Shown piece after piece: positions 1-10,232 of a stretch of 21,346 nucleotides of DNA. The notes under the pieces were generated by a model. The model was given only the letters and a program-made list of their open reading frames with translations. It was not told the origin of the DNA and made no database searches. The stretch lies in contig NW_021823746.1 of assembly GCF_006345805.1 (NCBI RefSeq), positions 1 through 21,346 on the forward strand, written 5' to 3'. Positions within the stretch are counted from its first letter, which is position 1. Every line of letters starts with the position of its first letter. The DNA comes from Octopus sinensis (Eukaryota). Made by a program: the position numbers and the translations under genes.

Positions 1-196
1 GATAAAAAGATTACTACTAAGCGAACAAAAAGCAAACAAGAATAGAAGGATTTAAAGCGTAAGCAAAGAAAATATGCACAAGATAATGTAAAACAACCAA
101 AATAAGAAAGCTGTATAAATGAAATCCGAGAACACTTATATGAAATCAACTAGGAAAACATGTAGCAGAATAAACTAAACAAAGATGGAAATAAAA

Positions 197-337
197 TGCT
201 TGTATTACTTTGCAACCACATACTTTCAAGTTCAGTCCCACAGCACGACACACCGGGCAAATACATGTTAGTATAGTCACAAACGGATCATTATTTGTAA
301 GCGAATTTGGTAGACGGAAAATAAGTGGACGTCTGCC
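197..337 (+). mobile_element. Degenerate 5' half of SINE family A (tRNA-like head plus CORE-like segment)
   Basis: caaccaca...ttcagtcccacagcacgacacaccgggcaaat...atttggtagacggaaa aligns with the intact copy at 5521-5670 (caaccacatggttccgggttcagtcccactgcgtggtaccttgggcaagt...atttggtagacggaaa). It ends at a (TA)n run, as other copies do. Boundaries approximate. Confidence 0.7.
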
Positions 338-352
338 ATATATATATATATA

Positions 353-543
353 GTTGAAATTTACAGAAAAACAAAAGACGAAGACAGGTGTATAAACAAC
401 AAACTGGTGCATTAGTTTGACGCTCGGGAAAGTGAAAACGTCTTTTACATTTCGAGCCTACGCTCTTCTGCAGAAAGGAACACAAGGAAATAAACAAGGA
501 GAGAAAAAGAAATTTGTGGATTTAGAAATCAATCATGGCGACT

Positions 544-546
<3 letters not shown>
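353..546 (-). mobile_element. Penelope-like element pseudo-LTR/3' terminal remnant
   Basis: The minus strand reads ...cctttctgcagaagagcgtaggctcgaaatgtaaaagac...ttttctgtaaatttcaac then (TA)n. It contains a minimal hammerhead-like motif of the kind known from PLE pLTRs, and it sits between TA runs. Confidence 0.55.
442..477 (-). ncRNA. Degenerate minimal hammerhead-ribozyme-like motif
   Basis: Minus strand: cttt-CTGCAGA-a-GAGC(gtag)GCTC-GAAA-tg-TA-aaag. Stem I is cttt/aaag and stem II is GAGC/GCTC. The core is CUGCAGA instead of CUGANGA. Confidence 0.45.
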
Positions 547-591
<45 letters not shown>

Positions 592-655
592 TTATTTATT
601 TATTTATTTATATATATATATTATTCATATATATTATATATATATAAATATATAT

Positions 656-687
<32 letters not shown>

Positions 688-711
688 CGATATATATATA
701 TATATATATAA

Positions 712-751
<40 letters not shown>

Positions 752-757
752 TTATAT

Positions 758-837
<80 letters not shown>
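547..837. repeat. (TA)n microsatellite with (TTTA)n interruption
   Basis: Direct inspection. Confidence 0.95.
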
Positions 838-840
<3 letters not shown>

Positions 841-899
841 AGAGACAGAGAGAGAAACAGAAATGGGGAAATTTCGATTATCCCCACCTGGTGAATTGT

Positions 900-1546
900 A
901 ATATATAAGAAATTAAAGAAGGAAGAATGCACACACTTTACATAGTTGTGATATACATCATGTATTGTGTTTGTCGACCGGTTCTCGCAATACAGACAAA
1001 TTCCTTTAAGTGAAGACAGAGAAATGTGCAGGTAACATCAAACCAAATTTCACAGTTTTCACCTCCTACCACTGCAAAAATACAATTTCTTTACAAGAAC
1101 GTTTAAATAAAGAAAAAATGTTCATCGAAAAATACAAAACACGTCGTAATATGCACGCATAATCAACTTTGATCACTTCAGATATTTTAATTGACGATTA
1201 CATACCCATCAGTGTACATATTTCTCCCACTACTCTAGATTTTGAATTTGTGTGTGTGTGTATATATATTTCCCCCACCCTTACCGAAAGCTGAACCGTT
1301 ATCTCCTCTGCCCACAATTATAACGATAACCAATTACCTCCACTTGGATTTTTCTACTTGTTGAATCATTCATTCATAAACTTCACACACAACATGAACA
1401 AAAAAATTCTTCTTAAGAAAATACCTATTTAAATAAATTTCAATGTAATGAATAGCGAAAGCGAAACCGCTTGGCAAACACAAAACAAGATTATTAAAAA
1501 TTATATTAGAACTATGTAAAGTGTGTGCCTTTTCCTTCTTTAATTT

Positions 1547-1555
<9 letters not shown>
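900..1555 (+). mobile_element. 5'-truncated Penelope-like retroelement with inverted terminal segment
   Basis: GIY-YIG-type C-terminal coding relic at 988-1162, followed by a noncoding pLTR-like region ending at (TA)n near 1555. Bases 901-947 are the reverse complement of 1510-1555 with 1 mismatch and 1 indel, and weaker homology extends to 988 versus 1462. Confidence 0.6.
988..1162 (+). pseudogene. Frameshifted C-terminal fragment of a PLE GIY-YIG endonuclease
   Basis: QYRQIPLSED.. (988-1020), then a frameshift to KCAGNIKPNFTVFTSYHCKNTISLQERLNKEKMFIEKYKTRRNMHA* (1022-1162). It resembles the 'R..kE..fI..y.p.lN' terminus of Penelope GIY-YIG domains (recognised by eye). Confidence 0.6.
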
Positions 1556-1579
<24 letters not shown>

Positions 1580-1592
1580 GTGTATATACACA

Positions 1593-1665
<73 letters not shown>
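1548..1665. repeat. Compound (TA)n/(CA)n microsatellite
   Basis: Direct inspection. Confidence 0.95.
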
Positions 1666-1666
<1 letters not shown>

Positions 1667-1781
1667 TAGTTATGGTATATTCTGTCAAGAACGTAGTAGG
1701 GTACAGTATAATGCTCGTCCACCTTCAGATTTCACACTGTGCTTTCCAGCAGTAGTATTATATTAATTTTCAATTATATAT

Positions 1782-1938
1782 TTGTGTGTTTATGCGTGTG
1801 TGTATGCGTGCGTGTGCGTGTGTGTGTGTGTGGTGTGTGTGTGTGTGTGTGTGTGTGTGTCTATGTGTGTGTGTGCGTGTCTAATTTCTAACCACCAATG
1901 CGGTGTTGAGCACTCGTTCTGATTGTTCGATATTTACG

Positions 1939-1996
<58 letters not shown>
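1782..1996. repeat. (GT)n (about 1782-1880) and (TA)n (about 1940-1996) microsatellites
   Basis: Direct inspection. Confidence 0.9.
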
Positions 1997-2000
<4 letters not shown>

Positions 2001-2187
2001 TACTTGTATCGGTCTTTAGACTGTGGCCATGCTGGGGTACCGCGTTGAAGAACTTTTAGTCGAAGGAATCGACCGCAGTACTTCTTTATTTTTTGCTACG
2101 CCTGGTACTTTTTCTATTGGCCTCTTTTTCCGCACTGCAAAGTTACGGGGACGTGTATACACCGACACCGGTTGTCTAACAGTGGTG
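1997..2187 (-). mobile_element. 3' half of SINE family A (diverged)
   Basis: ttttacttgt..gactgtggccatgctggggtaccgc...tttagtcgaaggaatcgacc...aagttacggggacgt..accggttgtc matches the minus-strand copy at 16585-16755. Confidence 0.85.
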
Positions 2188-2234
2188 CCCCTTCATTACG
2201 TCAGTCCAATGGCTGAAAAAATACAAAGTTTTAA

Positions 2235-3369
2235 AGAGAGAAATTATTACTAGGACAAAAATTTAATGATGAGGATTTAGTGAAAAACTATCATATTAGG
2301 GACCGGCGAAAAAACTTCCTAATTATAGCATTTAAAGATGAAATACTTGCAACAATATGAAATACAGGAAGTTTAAGCAGACATGCACGTAAATATCACC
2401 AGGATAAACGCAATGTTATATGCAATTGCCATTGCATTACATGCAGTAACAAGGATAAATGAAAGTAAAGATTTATTGACGAATATCAAAACCCGCACAT
2501 GTGGAAACATACCGTAAAGATAAAGGAAATAGAAGCATATAGCTTCAAATTCACAATAAAATGAATAAAGAAAAGATACAGCTGAAATTACGTCTGTCAA
2601 GAGATCTAGAATTCATAAAGCCGGAACTTAAACCAGTTTAAATGGCGTACATGTAATTGAAATTGCAACGCTGCTCTCCTGAATGAGACACCGGTTTGCC
2701 CTAGTGTTAACTTCACAACTAATGCTGAGTGGACTTGAGCAACGGGTAATTGAAAATTTCTTCCAAAAAGCAGCGTACCACCTAGTTGTCCAGGAATCGA
2801 AACCACGATATTACGATCATGAGTGCAACAATAAAAACACTAGGCCAAGCCCCTCCATATATCATAGCAAAAAAGATATAATCGAAATCAAAGAACAACT
2901 TAGAAAAGTGATATTCAATAAAGTGCTTAGAACCCGCTCTTACAAAAACTACAATGACTATTTGAAGAAAACTTCCTATAATCTGTATGACATAAACCAG
3001 TTATATAGTCGCTATGATATAAGTTAACGTATTATGAAAAATCTCGTAAAAGGAGAACATAAAATTCATTGTAACAAAACAGAAGTTAACACAAATAATA
3101 TAATAATATACTTTTATAGCACTAAAACAAAAAAGAATCACTTATCATATCAAGCCAAATAACTGTAATCTCACACAAACAAGCTACTTACGATCAAAAT
3201 GTTTTAAAATTTGATTGCAAAACAAGAACGTGATAAACTTAAGTGTTTTCATTGTAAAAATTACCATATAAGTATGATACAGTCCTACAGGCTTACAATT
3301 TCAACAAGGAGCATTTGCAGTGAACTCTGTTATACAATACAAAACAAAAACATGAAATATTTTGGATAA
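2235..3369 (+). pseudogene. Possible decayed A-rich ORF relic (retroelement ORF1/gag-like?), interrupted by a SINE
   Basis: Few stops in one frame over 2860-3366 (4 internal stops, at 3025, 3160, 3166 and 3205) despite high AT content. It includes KLKCFHCKNYHIS, a zinc-knuckle-like motif. An upstream block at 2235-2580 reads ..EDLVKNYHIRDRRKNFLIIAFKDE.. in another frame. Confidence 0.25.
2672..2857 (-). mobile_element. Degenerate CORE-type tRNA-derived SINE related to family C
   Basis: gctgagtggacttgagcaacg...ccaggaatcgaaaccacgatattacgatcatgagtgcaaca..cactaggcca aligns with gctgagtgaactggagcaacg...ccgggattcgagctcacaacctcacgatcgtaagctcgacgctctaaccactgagcca at 14983-15105. Confidence 0.7.
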
Positions 3370-3384
3370 ATACATTCATCTTAC

Positions 3385-3915
3385 AAAGAACTCAAACACT
3401 GATACACTACACAAAGAAGATCGACTCGATGAAACAGATGAGCTACTGAGAGAGGCTACAAAAACTAAAGCTCTTCTTCCTGGAGAGAAGGCGAGAAAGT
3501 TATGCAATAATATACACAAGGGAGATTCTGGAAGGTCTAGGTCCCAAAATTGGGGCTAAAAGCTATACCAACCACCGAACTGGACGGCACTGCATACTAC
3601 CGAAGATACCGTCTTCTTCATCTCAGATAAGGACCCAGTGTTGCAACAGCTTAGGTTTCAGGAGACTACAACCGTTTAACATCCTGCCAAGGAACCTAAC
3701 TGATCTGCAAGGTGTAAATGTGGAAACGTTCAAAAAGCAAATGGACAAATTTCTGTCTGAAATCCCAGATGAGCCCACATCATGGCAGAGGGCACAAAGA
3801 AGAGCAGCTTCGTGGGACTTTACCAAAAGGAGACCCCAAAACACTGAAAGTCAGTACTCCTGCATGACCTCAGTCTCTGGGTGAAACCAGTAAAAGAATA
3901 AAGAAATAAAAAAGA
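3385..3915 (+). mobile_element. 3' fragment of a CR1/L2-group non-LTR retrotransposon (ORF2 C-terminus and tail)
   Basis: Frame 3405-3884: HYTKKIDSMKQMSY*ERLQKLKLFFLERRRESYAIIYTREILEGLGP...HRTGRHCILPKIP...FNILPRNLTDLQGVNVETFKKQMDKFLSEIPDEP.. The 'SY(W)ERL..L.L..LERRR' and 'FN.LP...FK..LD.FL' motifs typify CR1/L2-group ORF2 ends. One premature stop at 3447. It ends in an (aaagaat)-type tail. Confidence 0.85.
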
Positions 3916-4294
3916 ATACTAGTGATGGAAGTAATGTTCATAATGCACTATAATGTAAAAAGAAGCATTCATTGCTAAAATACAATAGCAAAGCTAAGAG
4001 ACGTGGCTGGCGATGGATAAATCTTTCAGTTAGAAATTCAATTCCCCGGTTGTAACGTCTACACATTTGTGACTTTGACTCTACTAAATATAAAACATGA
4101 ACTAATTTAACTTCAGAATGAAGTCAATGTAGCTGTTACAGTAAAGTCGTAAACAGGATGTAGATAAATATGTGAAGTTTAATTTTCCAGCCAAATGGCA
4201 AAGAATTTATACAAGAAGACAAATTTCATTTAAAAAATGATATAACTATAATACATTCTTTTCAATAACGTGTCTGAAAGAAAAATAGAAAACC

Positions 4295-4505
4295 ATGTGT
4301 GTATATGTATATAGACATGTAAATAATAAATAATAAATATATTTATAAATAAACGGGATAAATATATAATGTTTATTTATACATATGTTTATTATTTATT
4401 ATTTACATTCCTACATGCATACACACCCATATTCTTCTATTACATGAAGCATAATATATTTCTTTAAGTATAGATGCACACACACATACACACACATATA
4501 TATAC

Positions 4506-4555
<50 letters not shown>

Positions 4556-4770
4556 GTAATATGTATATATATATATATATATATATGTATATAGTGTATA
4601 ATAAATATATATATTATATATATGCATACATATAACATATGCATAGATATATGTATATATATATATAAACGCACATACATATATATATATATACGCGTGC
4701 CACACACACATGCATATGTATATTATGTGTGTGAGTGTATGTGTGTATACAGTATGTGTATATATATATA

Positions 4771-4826
<56 letters not shown>

Positions 4827-4905
4827 TACACTAGCATATATGAATATATGTGCGTGTGTGCGTGTGTGTGTGTGTGTGTGTATGAATATATGTACGTATG
4901 TATGT
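4295..4905. repeat. Compound (TA)/(CA)/(TG) microsatellite tract
   Basis: Direct inspection. Confidence 0.9.
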
Positions 4906-5355
4906 GTTAAAGAATGGAAATTCTTTCTTTTTCTGTTGATGCTAAATGATGAGACTGGGTTTTTTTTCCCTAAAATATGTCTGTTTGAATGAAAATACAC
5001 GATGAATCTCCGTTTCACTACAGAATAAAAAAAAAGGTTATGAAAGAAGAATGAAAAACCAAAGAAAAATAATATTTAAATGAAAATACATATAAAATTC
5101 TTGCTTATATCATTTACAACGAAACTATTACTGTTGTTCTTCTTGTTGTTGCTGTTGTTGTCGACAGCAAATGTTTATTTTGTTTGTTTTGTTTTGTTTT
5201 TTCTTGCTTTGTTCGAATATTCACAGTTGAATAACATCGATCAGGGGATTGAAATGTAGGAGGTTTTAGCGTAATTCGTTCATTCTTACGTTCACTTACT
5301 CCTCTATTTGTGTTCTTTATTTTCAGTGTTCATTGTACTCCTTTATCAAACAGTT

Positions 5356-5520
5356 AATATATATATATACATATCATATATATATATATATATATGTATA
5401 TATTATTATATGTAGTGTATATATATATATATAGGTATGTATATATATATATGTAAGTATATATAACATATATAATATATAATATACACATACAATTATA
5501 TATATATATATATATATATA
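5356..5520. repeat. (TA)n-rich tract
   Basis: Direct inspection. Confidence 0.9.
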
Positions 5521-5957
5521 GGCGCAGGAGTGGCTGTGTGGTAAGTAGCTTGCTAACAACCACATGGTTCCGGGTTCAGTCCCACTGCGTGGTACCTTGG
5601 GCAAGTGTCTTCTGCTATAGCCCCGGGCCGACCAATGCCTGTGAGTGGATTTGGTAGACGGAAACTGAAGAAGCTTTCGTATATATGTATATATATATAT
5701 ATATATATGTGTGGGTTTTGTTTGTGTGTCTGTGTTTGTCCCCCTAGCATTGCTTGACACCGATGCTGGTGTTTTTTTGTTGTTTACGTCCCCGTCACTT
5801 AGCGTTCGGCAAAAGAGACCGATAGAATAAGTACTGGGCTTACAAAAAAAAAAAAAAGAATAAGTCCCGGGGTCGAGTTGCTCGACTAAAGGCGGTGCTC
5901 CAGCATGGCCGCAGTCAAATGACTGAAACAAGTAAAAGAGTAAAAGAGTAGAAGAGT
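5521..5957 (+). mobile_element. Full-length SINE family A (tRNA-derived, CORE-like, internal microsatellite)
   Basis: Pol III A box TGGCTGTGTGG and B box GGTTCAGTCCC; CORE-like ccttgggcaagtgtctt; central (TA)n/(TG); 3' end ggcggtgctccagcatggccgcagtc..tgaaacaagt(aaaagagt)n. It is colinear with 12965-13296 and 16579-17021. Confidence 0.95.
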
Positions 5958-6069
5958 ATGTGTGTGTGAATATTCTATAAATATATATATAAGCATATGT
6001 GTACATATATATACATATATGTAAATAGTAGGTTTTTTTTTTTGTCACTTTCATTCTCGTTCTATCCTT

Positions 6070-6099
6070 CCTCCCTCTCTCTCCCTCTCTCTTCTTTCT

Positions 6100-6138
<39 letters not shown>

Positions 6139-6576
6139 AAGCGCTCTCTTTCTCTCTCCTACTCTCCCCTACAAAAGGAGCAGTTTTAAAGCATTGCGTA
6201 CCAGAAAATCTCTTATTTGTAACAGTAGCACATGAAACGATATGCTTTCCTCACCAAGGATACCCGTTAACAGTGCGTCTCCATATTTCGGCAAAATATC
6301 ACTATACCAAACATTCTCCACCCTACCTCTCATTCACCTTCTTGATTTATACATCCACCTATCTATGTATCTATATATATCCATCTACCTACCTATCTAC
6401 CCATCTATCCATCTATCTATCTATTTATCGATCTACCTTTCTATCTATCCATTTACATATCTATCCATCGATCCTTCCATCTATCCATCCATCAACCATT
6501 CGTCATCTATCTATCCATCTACCTATTTATCTCTTTATATATATATATTATATATAATATATAGTATATATTATAT

Positions 6577-6609
<33 letters not shown>

Positions 6610-6610
6610 C
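6070..6610. repeat. (CT)n (about 6070-6160), (CTAT/CCAT)n (about 6355-6530) and (TA)n (about 6530-6610) tracts with a short unique spacer
   Basis: Direct inspection. Confidence 0.85.
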
Positions 6611-6939
6611 AGCTATCATTCTAATAAGCGAGCTATCCATCTTTGTGGTTATCTTTTTCTCAAAAGAAATCCGTCTTCACGGATTGGTTTACTTTCAGCC
6701 TCACTCGTACTAAGATACTCTCATCCCTTTATTCCTTTATTCTATAGCTATTATTTTTGTGCATATGTCCAATCGCTATCAAAATATGCTATTTGAATAC
6801 AATACAACGTATTCTATTCCGAATTATATCGGGTAAACAAATGCATGTTTATTTATGATATGTATATCTTTGGCAAGTATCTGCATATGTACATATTGTC
6901 CGTAAATGAATACAACGGAATATGCTTTGGTTATTTGTA

Positions 6940-7197
6940 TGTGAATATATATACATATATATATAAATATATATTACAGATATACTATAGATATATATAT
7001 AGATATATATATATATATTATACATATTTTTATATGTACATATATATACATACATATATACATATTTTATATACATAATATATATATATACATATATATT
7101 TACATATATATATACATACATACGTATTTATATATATATTATAGATACTTGTATGCATGTATATACATATATATGTGAATATACTGGTGTGTGTACG

Positions 7198-7229
<32 letters not shown>

Positions 7230-7482
7230 TATATATGAATGTATATACTGATATACAGACTACTATATTATGTAGAATATACATACTTATATACATTTAT
7301 TCATCAATACGTATATATATATACTTATATATACAGATATATATATGTATATATGAATGTGCGTATATATGTATACAAACATATAATATATATACACAAT
7401 ATATATGTATATGTACATATAGATATATATATATACATATATATATTATATATATACTATATATATATATACAATATATATG

Positions 7483-7520
<38 letters not shown>

Positions 7521-7685
7521 ACTATATATATACTGTATATTATACATATGGATATAGATATAAACACTATAGATATGTACATGCATGTATATATGCTTAT
7601 ATATATATATAAATATATATTATTTGTATAAATATATACATACACACACACACACACGCACACACACACACACACACATATATAT
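6940..7685. repeat. Long degenerate (TA)n tract ending in (CA)n
   Basis: Direct inspection. Confidence 0.9.
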
Positions 7686-8374
7686 GAAATTACCAACTTA
7701 GGGGCTGTGTTTGAAAGTATTATATGATTACTTGAAATAGAATTTATAGAAAACTATACAAAAATCTGTATTATCATTTTCTCAAACTGATCAGATTATT
7801 TCTTCCTTTTGAAACTAAGATCCTAGAATTCATTATTATATGTAAGGAATATTGATTTTATGTATTTTGTAGCTGTGGGATCTTTGTTCTTCGCTTTAGT
7901 ACACGTTAGATGTATTCAACTTAGTCGTTGCGAGAAAATTCTGTAAAGAATTACTTGCGCTAACAGAAAATTTCTGCATGCAAATATATTTTTTCGTGTA
8001 AGTAATTTTTTTGCACTAAAAATATGTATGCATAACCATTATATTTCAGAGGAATGGTGTGTGCATATTTTACTGGTTATAATATATGTTGCGATGTATA
8101 TATACTCTTGAAAACATTAGCAAATAAATGGTAGGATCTATGCTCACAAGATATTGATTTATAGTTAAATGACGTCAATGAATTTTATTATATTTTTTTT
8201 TACAAGGTCTAAACAACTTAAGTAACATGGAATAAAATGTCTATAACCGGAAACTGAAACCGGCTCGTGAACTTTAATACGTGGACAGTTCATTTACGCG
8301 ATATACGGCAAAAGAAAACGAGCAATTCATAACAATGTTTTAGTAATAGACACAACTACTCATACCAACACATA

Positions 8375-8415
8375 CAGAGAAACACATACGCACATATATA
8401 CATGTGTATGCATAT

Positions 8416-8457
<42 letters not shown>

Positions 8458-8533
8458 ATATGTATATGTATACATATATATATGTATATATTTATATTAT
8501 ATGTTTGTATATCTGTATGTGTGTGTATCTACC
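8375..8533. repeat. (CA)/(GT)/(TA) microsatellite tract
   Basis: Direct inspection. Confidence 0.9.
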
Positions 8534-8757
8534 TATTTCTTTACTACCCACAAGGGGCTAAACACAGAGATGACAAACAAGGACAGACAAATGGATTAAT
8601 TCGATCATATCGACCCCAGTGCATAACTGGTACTTATTTAATCGACTCCGAAAGGATGAACGGATGAAGGCGGAATTTGAACTCAGAACGTAACGGCAGA
8701 CGAAATACCGCTAAGCATTTCGCCCGGCGTGCTAACGTTTCTGCCAGTTCGCCGCCT
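8534..8757 (-). mobile_element. Full-length SINE family B with 18-bp TSD
   Basis: The minus strand begins aggcggcgaactggcagaaacgttagc..., has a B-box-like gagttcaaattcc and a central ttcatcctttcggagtcgattaaataagtaccag, and ends in aaagaaata. It is flanked by the exact direct repeat tatgtgtgtgtatctacc at 8516-8533 and 8758-8775. Confidence 0.95.
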
Positions 8758-10197
8758 TATGTGTGTGTATCTACCACAGGTTTGAAGTGATAAATATTTA
8801 CACAAAGATGCACATATGTATTTGCATACCTACTCATATTTATCGTAACATTATTTTGATATTTGGCAAATGAGCGTATTTTATGCCAGGCTAATCTAAG
8901 TTTTAATCCGATTCTTTTATGGAAATGAATTTTTCACGTGACTTATTCAGAATTGAAAGTTCAACAACCATGACATTTTTGTTTTGGTTTCCAGACTCCG
9001 ATATTGGATGGAGGAATAAACGAAATTATTCCCAAACCGGTGACCAAGCGTAAATGCTTACAGCAGAGTTGAATTGCCTCTACGAAAGTCATTCAAGGGT
9101 CAGGTGATGTGTGCTAAATCATGTAATGGATTAAGAGTGGTGTGAATCCAAATAGTTTAAGTCTAACACCCAAAAGTTGTGCAAACATAAATATGCTAAT
9201 CAGTTCAGTTTAACAACTATGATATCAGTAAAGAATTCATAAACAATCGCCATCAGTGGAATTTCGAATGTATTCAAATGAATTACTAAAAAAAAAAAAA
9301 AGGGCAAAACCTTTTTTTTTTTGGCATATACTTAGAGAAGGTACTCCAGAATCAGATGTTAATCTTAAATTAAAATGAAACGGTAATAAATAGACAAGCC
9401 TTTTTTTTAGGTATAAGGAAATAAACAAATGATGAAGAAAACAACCATTTTCAATCTTTAATCAGTATTGCTAAAATTCTCGTGAAATAACAGAAACTAT
9501 AATGTGCTATACTTAACGAGTGGTTTTGGGTTTCTTTTATGACCCGAGAACAAGTTCCCTTCTACACTACGGGCTTTCCATTCTTTACCATTTCGATAAA
9601 ATAATTATCCTTCTCTACGAGCGTTACACCCAGTCAACACTGTTATACTGTACTAGGTTGGATAAATTTCATTAAATACCATTGCCTCTTCCAAAATTCT
9701 GTTTACACCTTGTCAGATAAAATTAACGTCTTTAGGCATTAGATCAACGTGTATTAGAGAGGTAAGGGAAAGCTTGTGGTAAATTCAAACCATAGCTTGC
9801 AGTTTATTGCACTGGTTGTCAACAGTTAACAGCCATTATACGAGGCCTTTAATGTGCTAGAGATAAACATGAAACCTATAACATCTCTTATCCGTTTCCC
9901 TAAAATACAGGAGCCTTTGTAGCAAGACAGAAAGACCCCAAACGAGCACTACAAAGTACTAATGGCATTTTCTTCAATGATGAAGATTGATTTCTTTATG
10001 TGATATATAAAGATTCATTTCTCTTCTTATCTAGTTCAAGTCAGACTGGCAGCGACCTTTCTTTTTTATCTTATTCTTGTTATATTGTTCAAATCATTAT
10101 CAGACATTTCCAGGAACTAATTCAATGACTATATCATATTTCTAAAAATTTGTGAACTTATTTAACCGCTTCAGTCACGGATAGAAAAGTAAAACTA

Positions 10198-10232
10198 TTT
10201 CTTTAATTCTTTAATTCTTTAATTCTTAATTT
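10198..10232. repeat. Short tandem repeat of an 8-nt unit (ttctttaa), about 4 copies
   Basis: tttctttaattctttaattctttaattcttaattt. Confidence 0.85.

Noticed and set aside
865-885. Hairpin ggggaaatttcgattatcccc
   Set aside because: Short and isolated; it may belong to a repeat, but no function or family can be supported.
2683-3027. 114-aa ORF as an intact gene
   Set aside because: Its first ~60 codons are the antisense strand of a degenerate SINE; only the remainder is kept, as part of a possible decayed relic.
3362-3844. ORFs 3362-3559 (+) and 3623-3844 (-)
   Set aside because: Out-of-frame or antisense readings of the LINE ORF2 fragment.
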